Positions 21,656 to 32,082 of a stretch of 64,000 nt of DNA are shown piece after piece (positions within the stretch are counted from its first letter, which is position 1; every line of letters begins with the position of its first letter). The position numbers and the translations under genes were made by a program. Under the pieces are notes generated by a model, which worked only from the letters and a program-made list of their open reading frames with translations, made no database searches and was not told the origin of the DNA. The stretch covers positions 224,001-288,000 of the forward strand of contig CAVPSJ010000008.1 in NCBI GenBank assembly GCA_963708295.1, in the 5' to 3' direction. This DNA is from an uncultured delta proteobacterium (lineage in GTDB: Bacteria; Desulfobacterota; BSN033; UBA1163).

Positions 21656-21697
21656 AGGACGCAGTAACTCTTCGAGTAAAATGGTTGAGGAGATGAT

Positions 21698-21832
21698 AAA
21701 TCCGAAGCACGAAATCCGAAATCCGAAACAAATTCAAATGGCCGAAACAAAAGAGTTGGGGCCTTCGTCTTGAAAATTGGATCATTTGAATTTTGGATTT
21801 GTTTCGGGTTTCGATATTCGAAATTCGAATTT
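21698..21832. repeat. Heptamer-periodic inverted intergenic element
   Basis: aaatccgaagcacgaaatccgaaatccgaaacaaatt...atttgtttcgggtttcgatattcgaaattcgaattt. Confidence 0.75.
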
Positions 21833-21849
21833 TAGAACAGAGGACAACA

Positions 21850-24800
21850 ATGGGACAGGGCAAGACGAGAGGTGATAAATCATCGGCGTTGGTGATCGGT
21901 GCGGGCATTGCCGGAATGCAATCCGCACTTCTCTTGGCAGAGATGGGAACGAAGGTTTTCCTCTTAGAGCAGGGACCGGCGATCGGTGGTTATTTCCCGC
22001 TGTTGGATAAGACCTTTCCTACCAACTCCTGTGGCGTCTGCTTCATGAGCCCCACGCCTCCCGCCTTCTGCCCGATTTATGAATGTCATCTTCATGACAA
22101 TATCGAATTGCTGCCCTATTCAGAAGCGGTAAAGGTGGAGGGAAAGGGTGGAGATTTCAATGTCGCCGTCGTCCGGAAGCCCCGATTCGTCGAACCCAAA
22201 CGCTGCACCCTTTGTGAGGCTTGTGTCAAGGTTTGTCCCGTCGAGGTGGAGAGAGAATTTGGCGGTGGCCTGGAGAAACGAAAGGCGATCTACCTTCCCT
22301 ATCCGCAAGCCATCCCCCACAGCTTCGTGATTGATCCGAAAACCTGTACCCGGTGCGGAGAATGCGTGAAGGTCTGCAGCCCGGGGGCCATCGATCTCAA
22401 TATGAAGGAAGAACATGAAACCATCGAGGCTGGAACCATCCTTTTGGGGTACGGGTTTGAACCCTTTGTCGCCCAGAGAAAAGGGGAATATGGTTTTGGC
22501 AGATACGAGAATGTGATGACGAGCATTCAGTTTGAGAGATTGCTCTCCACTTCGAGTCCGACGCAGGGGTTGCCCATTCGGGTTTCCGATGGGAAAAAGA
22601 TGGAGAGGATTGCATTTATTCAGTGCGTGGGATCCAGGGATCCCTCCTGCGGCCAGGATCACTGTTCCACCATTTGCTGCATGTATGCGACCAAACAGGC
22701 CATGATTGCCAAGGACAGGTCCCCCGGTCTGGGAGTGACCTTCTTCTACATGGATATACGCCCGATGGGGAAAGATTACGAACGCTATTATGAGAGGGCA
22801 AAGGCCGAGTACGGGATTGAATATATCCGGAGTGCCATCTCCTCGATCAAAGAACTTCAGCAGACGAAGAATCTTGCGATCACCCATATCAAAGAGGACG
22901 GAACCTTTGAAGAGAGAGAATTCGATGCGGTCGTCCTTTCCGTGGGTTTTACCCCGCCGCAGTCGATAAAGGATTCAGCCCAGAGAATGGGTCTTCGATT
23001 GAATCCGCAAGGGTTTTGCCAGACGGACGAGTTTACTCCGGCTCATACCTCCGTCAGCGGAATTTTTGTGGGAGGGGCATTTCGGGGCCCCAGAGATATC
23101 CCTGAGACGGTTGTCGAAGGATCGAGTGCTGCAGCATCGGCTGCATCCTTTCTCTTCCCCAATCGCCTTCCTCAGCCTCTCAAAGAGTATCCCACGGAAG
23201 GGGCTCTGGGCGACGAGATTCCAAAAATAGGAGTTTTCCTCTGCCATTGTGGGGAAGAGTTGAAAAAAAGCCTGTCCATCTCCGACCTCGTTACCGGGGC
23301 AAGGCAGCTGAGAGAGGTGGTCCATGTTGAAGAGGTCGGTTTGGCTTGCCTTCCGGAAGACTTGGATCTCATCAAGAAGAGGATTGGGGAACAGGGTCTC
23401 AACCGGATCGTGATCGCAGGTTGTTCCCACCGGGAGATTCGGGGAGCCATGGAGGAGATGGCGAAAGGAATGGGTTTCAACCCTTACCTTATCGAATATG
23501 CGAACATCAGAGAACAATGTGCCTTTGTCCATTTAGATCATCCCAAATTGGCCACAGAGAAGGCGATGGCTCTCATCAGGATGGCTGTGGAAAAGGCGAA
23601 GCGATCTCAGCCCATTCGAAAAGGGAAGCAGAAGATCGAAAAGAAAGGGTTGGTGGTGGGTGGAGGGCTCGCCGGCATGACGGCGTCCGTGCAGCTGGCT
23701 CGGCAGGGATACGAGGTTCATTTGGTCGAGAAAGAAAAGGAGCTGGGAGGGAACTTAAAGGAATCCTTTTATACGTTGAAGGGATCCAATCCTCAAGACC
23801 TTTTGAGCAGACTCATCAAAGAGGTGGAAGGTAATGAATCCATCCACCTCTATTCCGAGACGGAGGTTCTTGGATTCGGAAAGAAGAATGGGCACTATCA
23901 AACGAAAATTCGTCAAGGCGGTGAGGAAAAGATCATTGACCACGGGGCGCTCATCCTTGCCACCGGCGGGAAAGAAGTGATGCCAAAGGAATACCTTTAC
24001 GGAGAAGATTCCCGGGTGATCACCCAAAGACAACTGGAGAGGATGATCCATTCGGATGATAAAAGTTTAAAAGATATTCATTCGCTGGTGATGATTCAGT
24101 GTGTCGGCTCCAGGGATGAAGACCATCCCTATTGCAGTCGCATTTGTTGCGGCCATGCCGTGAAGAATGCTTTGAAGCTAAAGGGAAAAGATCCGGGGAT
24201 GAATATCTATGTGCTCTACCGCGATGTGAGGACCTACGGGTTTTACGAGACCTATTACCACGAGGCAAGAGAGAAGGGTGTGATTTTCATTCGATACGAC
24301 CTGGAGAATAAGCCGAAGGCTGCCGTCCACGAGGGAAGCCTCCAGGTCTCCCTGTTCGATCCTGCGATGAGTCGTCCGATCGCCCTTCCGGCCGATCGAA
24401 TCGTACTGAGCACCGGTATTGAACCCCATGACCATCAGGATCTGGCGAGGATTTTCGATGTGGATCTGAATCCGGATGGTTTTTTCAAGGAGGCCAATCC
24501 CAAATCGGCTCCGCTTGATTCGGTGGACCATGGAAAATTCTTCTGCGGCCTCTGCCATTCGCCAAATTTTATCGAAGATACCATCTCCCAGGGGAACGCC
24601 GCTGCTGCCAGGGCGGGCGCACTTCTGTCCAAGGAGGCGGTGGAGGAGAAGGCCTATTTAGCCTACGTGGTGAAAAGGCTCTGCTGCGGTTGTGGCCTCT
24701 GCGTTACCGTATGTCCTTATGGGGCAAGGGTCCTCAATGAAGAGGAAGGCAAGGCTGAAGTGACGGGGTCGCTCTGTCAGGGATGCGGTTCCTGCGTCAT

Positions 24801-24882
24801 CGCTTGCCGGAATGGAGCCTCCCAGCAGCGAAACTTTGAAAAAGATTTGAATCTGGCTGCTCTCGACGCGGTCATCGACTGA
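21850..24882 (+). CDS. hdrA: Large fused HdrA (~1010 aa, two FAD domains)
   Basis: GAGIAG + TFPTNSCGVC + CSTICCMY, then GVFLCHCG/NIREQC, then GGGLAG + CSRICC and a C-terminal ferredoxin. Confidence 0.9.
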   Translation: MGQGKTRGDKSSALVIGAGIAGMQSALLLAEMGTKVFLLEQGPAIGGYFPLLDKTFPTNSCGVCFMSPTPPAFCPIYECHLHDNIELLPYSEAVKVEGKGGDFNVAVVRKPRFVEPKRCTLCEACVKVCPVEVEREFGGGLEKRKAIYLPYPQAIPHSFVIDPKTCTRCGECVKVCSPGAIDLNMKEEHETIEAGTILLGYGFEPFVAQRKGEYGFGRYENVMTSIQFERLLSTSSPTQGLPIRVSDGKKMERIAFIQCVGSRDPSCGQDHCSTICCMYATKQAMIAKDRSPGLGVTFFYMDIRPMGKDYERYYERAKAEYGIEYIRSAISSIKELQQTKNLAITHIKEDGTFEEREFDAVVLSVGFTPPQSIKDSAQRMGLRLNPQGFCQTDEFTPAHTSVSGIFVGGAFRGPRDIPETVVEGSSAAASAASFLFPNRLPQPLKEYPTEGALGDEIPKIGVFLCHCGEELKKSLSISDLVTGARQLREVVHVEEVGLACLPEDLDLIKKRIGEQGLNRIVIAGCSHREIRGAMEEMAKGMGFNPYLIEYANIREQCAFVHLDHPKLATEKAMALIRMAVEKAKRSQPIRKGKQKIEKKGLVVGGGLAGMTASVQLARQGYEVHLVEKEKELGGNLKESFYTLKGSNPQDLLSRLIKEVEGNESIHLYSETEVLGFGKKNGHYQTKIRQGGEEKIIDHGALILATGGKEVMPKEYLYGEDSRVITQRQLERMIHSDDKSLKDIHSLVMIQCVGSRDEDHPYCSRICCGHAVKNALKLKGKDPGMNIYVLYRDVRTYGFYETYYHEAREKGVIFIRYDLENKPKAAVHEGSLQVSLFDPAMSRPIALPADRIVLSTGIEPHDHQDLARIFDVDLNPDGFFKEANPKSAPLDSVDHGKFFCGLCHSPNFIEDTISQGNAAAARAGALLSKEAVEEKAYLAYVVKRLCCGCGLCVTVCPYGARVLNEEEGKAEVTGSLCQGCGSCVIACRNGASQQRNFEKDLNLAALDAVID

Positions 24883-25014
24883 AAGCTCGCATAGCGCAGA
24901 GCGCATGGGGCATAGCGTAACCTCAAACAGTAAAGCAATTCTTGGGAATAAGTTCTTATACTTTATGCGCTTTGCTCATTACTCCATGCGATCATTTGAA
25001 ACAGGAGGTAGGAC

Positions 25015-25437
25015 ATGGCTGAATTTGAACCGAGGATTGTCGCCTTTTTATGCCACTGGTGCACTTATACGGGAGCGGACCTCGCCGGGACAACGCGACA
25101 GCAGTATCCCCCCAATATCCGGGTGATCCATTTGATGTGCTCGGGAGCCGTGGACTCCATCTACGTGCTGAAAGCCTTGATTGACGGGGCGGATGGCGTG
25201 TTGATCGGCGGTTGCCATCCTGGAGACTGTCATTATCAGACCGGAAATTTTAAGGCCCGGAGAAGGGTTGCCATTCTGAAAGGTATCCTTCAACAGATGG
25301 GGTATACGGATGATCGAGTTTGGCTCAAATGGATCAGCGCAAGCGAAGGAAAACTGTTTGCTGACACAGTGACCAAAATGGTGGATGATTTAAAGAAGAT
25401 GGGTCCAAACCCGATGAAACAACTCTGGAATGCTTAG
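25015..25437 (+). CDS. mvhD: MvhD/FlxD-type [2Fe-2S] protein
   Basis: AFLCHWCTYTGADLAG, MCSG, GADGVLIGGCHPGDCHY, WISASEG. Confidence 0.92.
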   Translation: MAEFEPRIVAFLCHWCTYTGADLAGTTRQQYPPNIRVIHLMCSGAVDSIYVLKALIDGADGVLIGGCHPGDCHYQTGNFKARRRVAILKGILQQMGYTDDRVWLKWISASEGKLFADTVTKMVDDLKKMGPNPMKQLWNA

Positions 25438-25548
25438 GGAAAGTGTCGGTGTCAGTGCCGGTGTCAGTTATTTGCTCTTGTGAATTACTGACACAAACCA
25501 CTCACACCGTCACTGGTTTTATTAACAGGGAAAGGAGAAGGACCGGAC

Positions 25549-26697
25549 ATGGCGAAGAAGGCAACGGTGAAAGTGATCGACGGGAAAACCGATGAGGCGA
25601 TCATCGGCTTTTTGAAATCCTTTCTGAAAGAGGGAGTTGTCGAGGCGATTCTGATGCCCAAACCCCTCCCCTCACAGGATGGATTCGTGCAAACATTGAT
25701 ACGAGATCCGGAAAAAATGAATGGAGCGTGCGTCCTATCACTCACCATGCCCGTTCAGTCTGCGAGGGTCATCTCCAATCTCAGCGTTAAGAATCTGGGG
25801 AAGAAAGTCGCCGTCGTATTAAAAGCATGTGAGATACGGGCCGCTGTCGAATTGGCAAAATTTCTCCAGGTCAAACTGGACAATGTCAGTTTTATCGGCG
25901 TCGATTGTCCTGGAACCTTTGAGGTGACCGATTATGCGAAGATGGCGCAGGAAGGAAAAGGGGGAGAGTCCCTGACAAAAGCACTGCTTCAGGGTATGGA
26001 GAAGGGTGAGATCTCACCGCCTTCCGGGTATGCGTTCCGGACCGCTTGTCAGATGTGTGAATATCCTGTCCCTGAGGCGGATATTCGTCTGAAACTTTTT
26101 GGTTACAAGGGAGACCAGGAGATCGGCATTGAGATCGGGGAGAAATTGGAAAAGGAGATCGAAGGGAAGGGGATCTTTTCATTTATAGAAAGCGAACCGG
26201 CTTCGAGGAACGAGGCGGTAAATAAAGTCATCGCAGAGAGGACGAAGAAGCGAGATGCCCTTTTTCAGGAATTCAAAGGTATGACGAAAGATCTTCAAGC
26301 TTTTTTGGATCGTTTTTCCACCTGTATCCGGTGCCACAACTGCATGGTGGCCTGCCCGATTTGCTACTGTAAGGAGTGCGTGTTCAGGACAGCGGTCTTT
26401 GAGCATGACGGAGACCAATTCCTAAGGTGGGCCGATCGAAAGGGTGGCATCCGAATGCCGACGGATACGCTCATCTTCCATCTCATCCGGATGTCACATA
26501 TGGTGACTTCCTGTATTGGCTGCGGGCTTTGTGACAGCGCCTGTCCGAGCCGATTGCCTGTCGCCACACTCTTTCGAAGCGTGGGAGACAAAATTCAAAA
26601 GATGTTCAACTATGTTCCGGGAAAAGACGTAAAAGAGATGCCCCCGGTGGCCACCTTCAAAGAGGATGAATTAAAGATTGAATCGGGAGCTCTTTGA
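25549..26697 (+). CDS. FrhB/FdhB-like iron-sulfur protein
   Basis: KACEIRA, IGVDCPG, RTACQMC, CIRCHNCMVACPICYCKEC, CIGCGLCDSACP. Confidence 0.8.
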   Translation: MAKKATVKVIDGKTDEAIIGFLKSFLKEGVVEAILMPKPLPSQDGFVQTLIRDPEKMNGACVLSLTMPVQSARVISNLSVKNLGKKVAVVLKACEIRAAVELAKFLQVKLDNVSFIGVDCPGTFEVTDYAKMAQEGKGGESLTKALLQGMEKGEISPPSGYAFRTACQMCEYPVPEADIRLKLFGYKGDQEIGIEIGEKLEKEIEGKGIFSFIESEPASRNEAVNKVIAERTKKRDALFQEFKGMTKDLQAFLDRFSTCIRCHNCMVACPICYCKECVFRTAVFEHDGDQFLRWADRKGGIRMPTDTLIFHLIRMSHMVTSCIGCGLCDSACPSRLPVATLFRSVGDKIQKMFNYVPGKDVKEMPPVATFKEDELKIESGAL

Positions 26698-26703
26698 CCC
26701 ATG

Positions 26704-26915
26704 AAATCCGAAGCACAAAATTCGGGCGAAGCATTCGAAGGGATTCAATCCCAAACAAACATGTTAAATCCTAAACTCGAAACCCTAAACTCTAAGCAAA
26801 CTCAAATGCCCAAAGCTCAAAACAGAAAACATTTCCTTTTTGAGTTTTGAATCTCGGATTTGTTTAGGATTTAGAGTTTAGTGTTTAGAGTTTAAACAAC
26901 GTCGAGTTTCGAGTT
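26704..26915. repeat. Heptamer-periodic inverted intergenic element
   Basis: aaatcctaaactcgaaaccctaaactct facing aggatttagagtttagtgtttagagttt. Confidence 0.7.
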
Positions 26916-26945
26916 TTTGAGACATTTGGAATCCAGGAGGAGTAA

Positions 26946-27686
26946 ATGGAAGCGCAAGAGATGAAGGAAAAAGAACTGGTTCCTATTTTCATCATGGGAA
27001 AGCGGTATGAAGTCCCTTCCTCCCTCACTATTCAAAAGGCATTGGAGTATGCCGGATATCAATTGGTCCGGGGATGCGGATGCCGGGGAGGGATATGCGG
27101 GGCCTGCGGGACGGTCTACCGGTTTCCAGGGAGTTATAAGATTGAAGTTGGGCTGGCTTGTCAGACCATGGTTCAGCCCAACATGTATCTGACGCAAATC
27201 CCATTCTTTCCGGCCACAAAAAACGTTTACGACATCGAGAAGATAAAACCTACCATCGAGACACTGATGAAGGCCTATCCCGAATTGTTGAGATGTCTCC
27301 AGTGTAACACGTGCACCAAGTCCTGCCCGATGGATATCGAGGTCATGGATTATATGGCCGCGGCGATGAGGGGAGACGTGACACGCTTAGCGGAGCTCTC
27401 GTTTGACTGTGTAATGTGTGGCCTCTGCACGTCTCGCTGTCCTGCCGAGATTTGTCAATACAATATCGCCATTCTCGGAAGAAGGCTTTATGCCAAATAT
27501 GTGGCCCCGAAGGCCGAGCACCTGGCTGCCATGGTGAAAAGGGTTGAAGCGGGTAGATATGACCCTATGTTAAAGGAATTGATGAATACGGATGAGGAGA
27601 CCTTAAAGGAACTGTATACGGCGAGAGAGGTTGAACCGGAACAGGCTGACGAGTATTGGACCCCGAAAGATAAAACGTACCTATAA
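26946..27686 (+). CDS. FrdB/SdhB-like Fe-S subunit
   Basis: GCRGGICGAC...AC [2Fe-2S] motif plus CLQCNTCTKSCP and CVMCGLCTSRCP. Confidence 0.8.
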   Translation: MEAQEMKEKELVPIFIMGKRYEVPSSLTIQKALEYAGYQLVRGCGCRGGICGACGTVYRFPGSYKIEVGLACQTMVQPNMYLTQIPFFPATKNVYDIEKIKPTIETLMKAYPELLRCLQCNTCTKSCPMDIEVMDYMAAAMRGDVTRLAELSFDCVMCGLCTSRCPAEICQYNIAILGRRLYAKYVAPKAEHLAAMVKRVEAGRYDPMLKELMNTDEETLKELYTAREVEPEQADEYWTPKDKTYL

Positions 27687-27767
27687 AAAAAGGTTGAGAT
27701 TAAGGTTTAGGTTTAGAACTTCTCAACCTCAGTCTTAATCTGGACCTGTGATTTTTTTGGAGGAATC

Positions 27768-29442
27768 ATGGCATACACAAGGGAATTGAAAGAATTGATC
27801 AAGAAAGTTGAGGCGACACGATCTTCACGGGTCGAAAAGAAGAAGAGAGGAGAGGAGTTTCATCTTCTTTCTTTGAAAGAGAGGCAGGAGCGACTGGAGA
27901 AATACCATCCCGATTTCAAGGCGGGATCCAAGAGGGAGATCCGGGTGGGTCCCAGTAAGGGCTACGCCATCTCTCCTGAGATCGTGGATCTTCTGGAGGC
28001 CAGAAGCAGGCTGAACCCCGATTTGATCGATCTAAGTAAAATTGCCTACGAGACGGATGTCCTCGTCATTGGTGGGGGAGGAGCGGGGACGGCGGCTGCG
28101 CTGATGGCCCAGGAGAATGGCGTGCGGGTGACGATTGCAACCAAGCTCAGGCATGGCGATGCAAATACGATGATGGCCGAGGGAGGAATTCAGGCAGCCT
28201 ACCAAAGGGGAGAAAGATTCTCCCTACTATCACTATCTCGATGTCTTCGGCGGAGGCCATTTCAAGAATGTTCCGGAGCTGGCCTACACCCTTGTGACCG
28301 AGGCCCCGAAGGTCCATGCCTGGCTGGAAAACCTGGGCTGCATGTTTACAAAATTTCCGGATGGTCGTTTAAGAGCGCTTCATGGGGGAGGCACCTGCCG
28401 GAAACGGATGCACTATGCGGCGGACATTACGGGTGCAGAAATCATGCGAACCCTGAGGGATGAAGCCAGGAACCGGGTTCAGGACATCAAGGTCCTTGAA
28501 TTTTCTCCAGCGGTGGAGCTGATTTTGAACGAGCACGGCCACTGCGCCGGTGCTGTCCTTTATAACATCGAGACGGAAGAGTATTTTCTGGTCAAGGCAA
28601 AGGCGGTGGTGATGGCGACGGGTGGTTCGGGAAGACTCCACATTCAGGGATTCATGACGACCAATCATTATGGCGCCACGGGAGACGGTCTCGTGATGGG
28701 GTACCGGGCAGGGGTGAAGGTCTGTTTTCTCCACACGGTTCAGTACCATCCCACAGGAGTTGCCTTTCCCGAGCAAGCGGAAGGTATTCTGATCACCGAG
28801 AAGTTCAGGGGAGCAGGCGCCAATGTGTTGAATATCGACGGGGAACAGTTCGTCAATGAGCGGGAACCGAGAGATGTGGAATCTTCCTGCTTTATCCGGG
28901 AATGCGCAGAGGTTGGGAAGGGAATTCCAACGCCCGCCGGAAAAATGGGAATATGGTTGGATTCTCCGATGATCGACATGCTGATGGGTGAAGGGGCCGT
29001 GAAGCGTGAGTTCCCGGGAAAATTCATTCTTCTGAAGCGTTTTGGAATCGACATCTCCAAAGAACCCATGCTGGTCTACCCGACTCTCCACTACCAGAAT
29101 GGTGGGTTGGAATACAATAACAAGTGCGAGACCTCTATCCCAGGGCTTTTCTCGTCAGGGGAAGTTTCGGGCGGAGTCCATGGCGAAAACCGGCTAATGG
29201 GAAACTCCCTTCTGGATGTCTGCGTCTTTGGAAGAATCGGAGGAATCAGTGCTGCCCTCTATGTCAAGGAGAAGGCAAAAGACGGAAAATTAACGCTGGA
29301 ACACGTTCGGAACTATCACAAGGAGTTGGAGGCGGGTGGGATCGTCACGGACCGGGTTGCTCCCATGCTTCTTCCCGATTATTCCAATCCTAAAGTTCGG
29401 GAGCGCCAGCTGACCGCCCACTATATCGGCACGATCCGTTAA
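27768..29442 (+). CDS. FrdA/SdhA-family flavoprotein (frameshift near 28200)
   Basis: GGGGAG, MMAEGG, QYHPTG, TEKFRGAG, PRDV, HYQNGG, HGENRLMGNSL. Confidence 0.85.
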
Positions 29443-29446
29443 GGTT

Positions 29447-29653
29447 TAACAGGCTATTGGAAAATGCCCATCCGTCCCGCGCTTCGAGGATTATCTGGTC
29501 CCCTTCGGGGACGCGGCAAGATGTCGCTCCCTTATTCGTCGCGACGCCCCTCTCAGGATTGCCTGCCTGACCGGCAGGTGAAAGGCTCACGGGGGCCTTG
29601 CACCTAGGCATTTTTGAGCAGCCTGAGAAAGAAAACTTTTTAACAACCTGTTA
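29447..29653. mobile_element. MITE-like element with imperfect terminal inverted repeats
   Basis: taacaggctattggaaaa...tttttaacaacctgtta, with an internal tttttgagcagcctg end. Confidence 0.55.
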
Positions 29654-29840
29654 TTTGTTTCATTATCTACAGCGTTTGCAAACGCAGGCTTCGGCCTGCG
29701 TTTTTTTTAGTCCCCGTACCGTGTGCCCCTCATTTTTCTCAAAAGGGGGCCTGGTATTTGAAGAAATGATACTGCCGATCTGGATCCCAAAAGGGCCCCT
29801 GTCTCTTGACACACGGGAATGACAGCCTTATTCTTTTGTT

Positions 29841-30518
29841 ATGAGAATCCTGCTGGTAGAAGATGACGTCAAGATTGCCTCCTTCGTCATCAAAGGGCTG
29901 AAGGCCGCGGGATACGCGGTGGATCATGCCCTCGACGGCGAAGACGGTCTCTCCCTCGTCACGACCGAACCCTATGACGCCGCCGTCGTGGATATCATGC
30001 TCCCCAAACTGGATGGATTATCCCTTATCGAAAGGATGCGAAAAGCGAAGATCCAGACGCCGGTCATCATCCTGAGTGCGAAGGGATCGATTGACGATAG
30101 AGTGAAAGGACTTCAGACCGGAAGCGATGATTATATCACCAAGCCCTTCGCTTTCTCCGAGCTTCTTGCCCGGGTCCAAGCCTTGATTCGAAGAACCAGC
30201 GGTCTCTCCGAGCCGACCCGACTCACCGTAGGGGATCTGTCCGTCAACCTCCTCACGAGGGAAGTAACAAGAAGAGGCAGGAAGATCGATCTTCAACCCA
30301 TTGAGTTTTCCCTGTTGGAATACCTCATGCGAAGCGCAGGACGGGTCGTCTCAAAAACCATGATCATGGAACACGTATGGAACTACAATTTTGATCCACA
30401 GACCAACGTCGTCGAAGCCAGGATTTGCAGGCTCCGGGACAAGATCGACCGAGATATCGACAAGAAACTGATCCATACCATCCGCGGAGTGGGATATGTC
30501 CTTAAAGAAGCGGATTAG
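29841..30518 (+). CDS. OmpR-family response regulator (CusR/CopR-like)
   Basis: MRILLVEDD, DIMLP, DDYITKPF, IHTIRGVGY. Confidence 0.93.
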   Translation: MRILLVEDDVKIASFVIKGLKAAGYAVDHALDGEDGLSLVTTEPYDAAVVDIMLPKLDGLSLIERMRKAKIQTPVIILSAKGSIDDRVKGLQTGSDDYITKPFAFSELLARVQALIRRTSGLSEPTRLTVGDLSVNLLTREVTRRGRKIDLQPIEFSLLEYLMRSAGRVVSKTMIMEHVWNYNFDPQTNVVEARICRLRDKIDRDIDKKLIHTIRGVGYVLKEAD

Positions 30519-31914
30519 CCTTCGGAACACCCTGTCCTTTCGGTTGACCCTCTGGTACGCCGGAGTTTTCGCCCTTTCCTCGTGCGTCGCCTTCCTCTTG
30601 TTCTACGCGCTCATCACTTCGTTCATACGGGAGCAGACCGATCAGGACCTCTTGGCCCAAGTCAATCGGTTTTCCACACTCCTTGCTTCGGAAGAGATCG
30701 AAGCGGTGAAAAGTGCTGCCGTGATCGAAGCACAGGCCGCAGGAGTGAAAAAGGTGTTCTTCCGACTTCTTTCTCTGAACGGACAGGTCTTTTCTTCATC
30801 CAACATGGCTTACTGGAAGAATATTGATATTCATGAAGCCACCATTAAGGAGTTGCTTCGTAGCCGCCGTCCTGTGTTCGAGACGATCACCATTCCGCAG
30901 CGGAAAGAGAAAGTACGCATTCTTTATGCCGTGCTCGGTCCCAGCATTGTTTTGCAGGTAGGGCAGGCCATGGAGAGCTATTCCCGATTTCTTGACGCCT
31001 TTAAGGGAATATTTATTACCACGATGACCTTCTTGATCGTCGTGGCTGCGGGCGTCGGCTGGTTCATGGCCCGTCAGGCGGTTTCTGATGTCGAGGCGGT
31101 GACCCGGACAGCCCAAAAGATATCCGGAGGCACCCTTGAAGAACGGGTTCCTGTGAAAGCAAGAGGCGACGAAATCGATCAACTTGCCATCACCTTTAAT
31201 CAGATGTTGGACCGGATTCAGGTCTTGCTTACGGAGATCAAGGAGATGGGCGACAACATGGCTCATGATTTGAGAAGCCCGATTACCCGGATTCGGGGAA
31301 TCGCGGAAGTCACCCTTACGACGGGAAAATCCCTGGCGGAGTACGAGGCGATGGCAGCCAATACCATTGAAGAATGTGACCGGCTTCTGGATATGATTAA
31401 TACGATGCTGATGATTTCCAAAGCGGAGACCGGTGTGGGGCACCTGACCAGAGAGGAGATCGATCTTCCAGGAGTTATCCAGGAGGCATGCAGACTGTTT
31501 GAACCCACGGCTGAAGATAAGGAGATCACATTGAGTTGTGATGTGACGGAGGGGAATCGGTTTATCGGAGATAGCCGGATGATCCAGCGGATGCTCTCGA
31601 ATCTTCTTGACAATGCCATCAAGTACTCCTTGCCAGGAGGGTCGGTGGCCATCTCGATTGCAAAGAGTGACGCACAGGTCGCTGTTTCGATCAGAGATAC
31701 GGGAATCGGCATCTCTTCCAAAGATCTTCCGCACATTTTTGAACGATTTTACCGATGCGATCAGAGCCGGTCCCAGACCGGTATCGGGCTGGGGCTCAGT
31801 CTGGCCAGGGCCATAGCCAGGGCGCATGGCGGGGATATTACCGCGACAAGCGCCCCGAATGAAGGAAGCACCTTTACCATCATCCTACCGAAATTCCCGC
31901 CTTCCCATTCCTAG
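30496..31914 (+). CDS. Sensor histidine kinase (2 TM, HAMP, HisKA, HATPase)
   Basis: DEIDQLAITFN, AHDLRSP, NLLDNAIKY, DTGIGI, GLGLS. Confidence 0.93.
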   Translation: MSLKKRISLRNTLSFRLTLWYAGVFALSSCVAFLLFYALITSFIREQTDQDLLAQVNRFSTLLASEEIEAVKSAAVIEAQAAGVKKVFFRLLSLNGQVFSSSNMAYWKNIDIHEATIKELLRSRRPVFETITIPQRKEKVRILYAVLGPSIVLQVGQAMESYSRFLDAFKGIFITTMTFLIVVAAGVGWFMARQAVSDVEAVTRTAQKISGGTLEERVPVKARGDEIDQLAITFNQMLDRIQVLLTEIKEMGDNMAHDLRSPITRIRGIAEVTLTTGKSLAEYEAMAANTIEECDRLLDMINTMLMISKAETGVGHLTREEIDLPGVIQEACRLFEPTAEDKEITLSCDVTEGNRFIGDSRMIQRMLSNLLDNAIKYSLPGGSVAISIAKSDAQVAVSIRDTGIGISSKDLPHIFERFYRCDQSRSQTGIGLGLSLARAIARAHGGDITATSAPNEGSTFTIILPKFPPSHS

Positions 31915-31972
31915 ATCGTGTGCTCGTCCCAGTAGCTCGAGTATGGAACCTTTTCGAAAGACGTTTTCCAAC

Positions 31973-31999
31973 ATTACGGACTTGTAATCTTCCGGTCAT
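31973..31999 (+). promoter_or_regulatory. CopR/CusR-like response-regulator box upstream of degP
   Basis: ATTAC-N6-GTAAT palindrome, plus GTAAT/GTCAT direct repeat at 11-bp spacing. Confidence 0.55.
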
Positions 32000-32082
32000 C
32001 TTCTCGTTAACTTGGCGGTTTATGATGTAGTCGGAAGGAAAACACGCAGGCCAGCCAAGGATCTCTAAAAGGAGGAAAAATC

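Noticed and set aside
15063-26697. Selenocysteine recoding in HdrA/MvhD
   Set aside because: The relevant positions are Cys codons or substituted; the break in hdrA is a frameshift, not an in-frame TGA.
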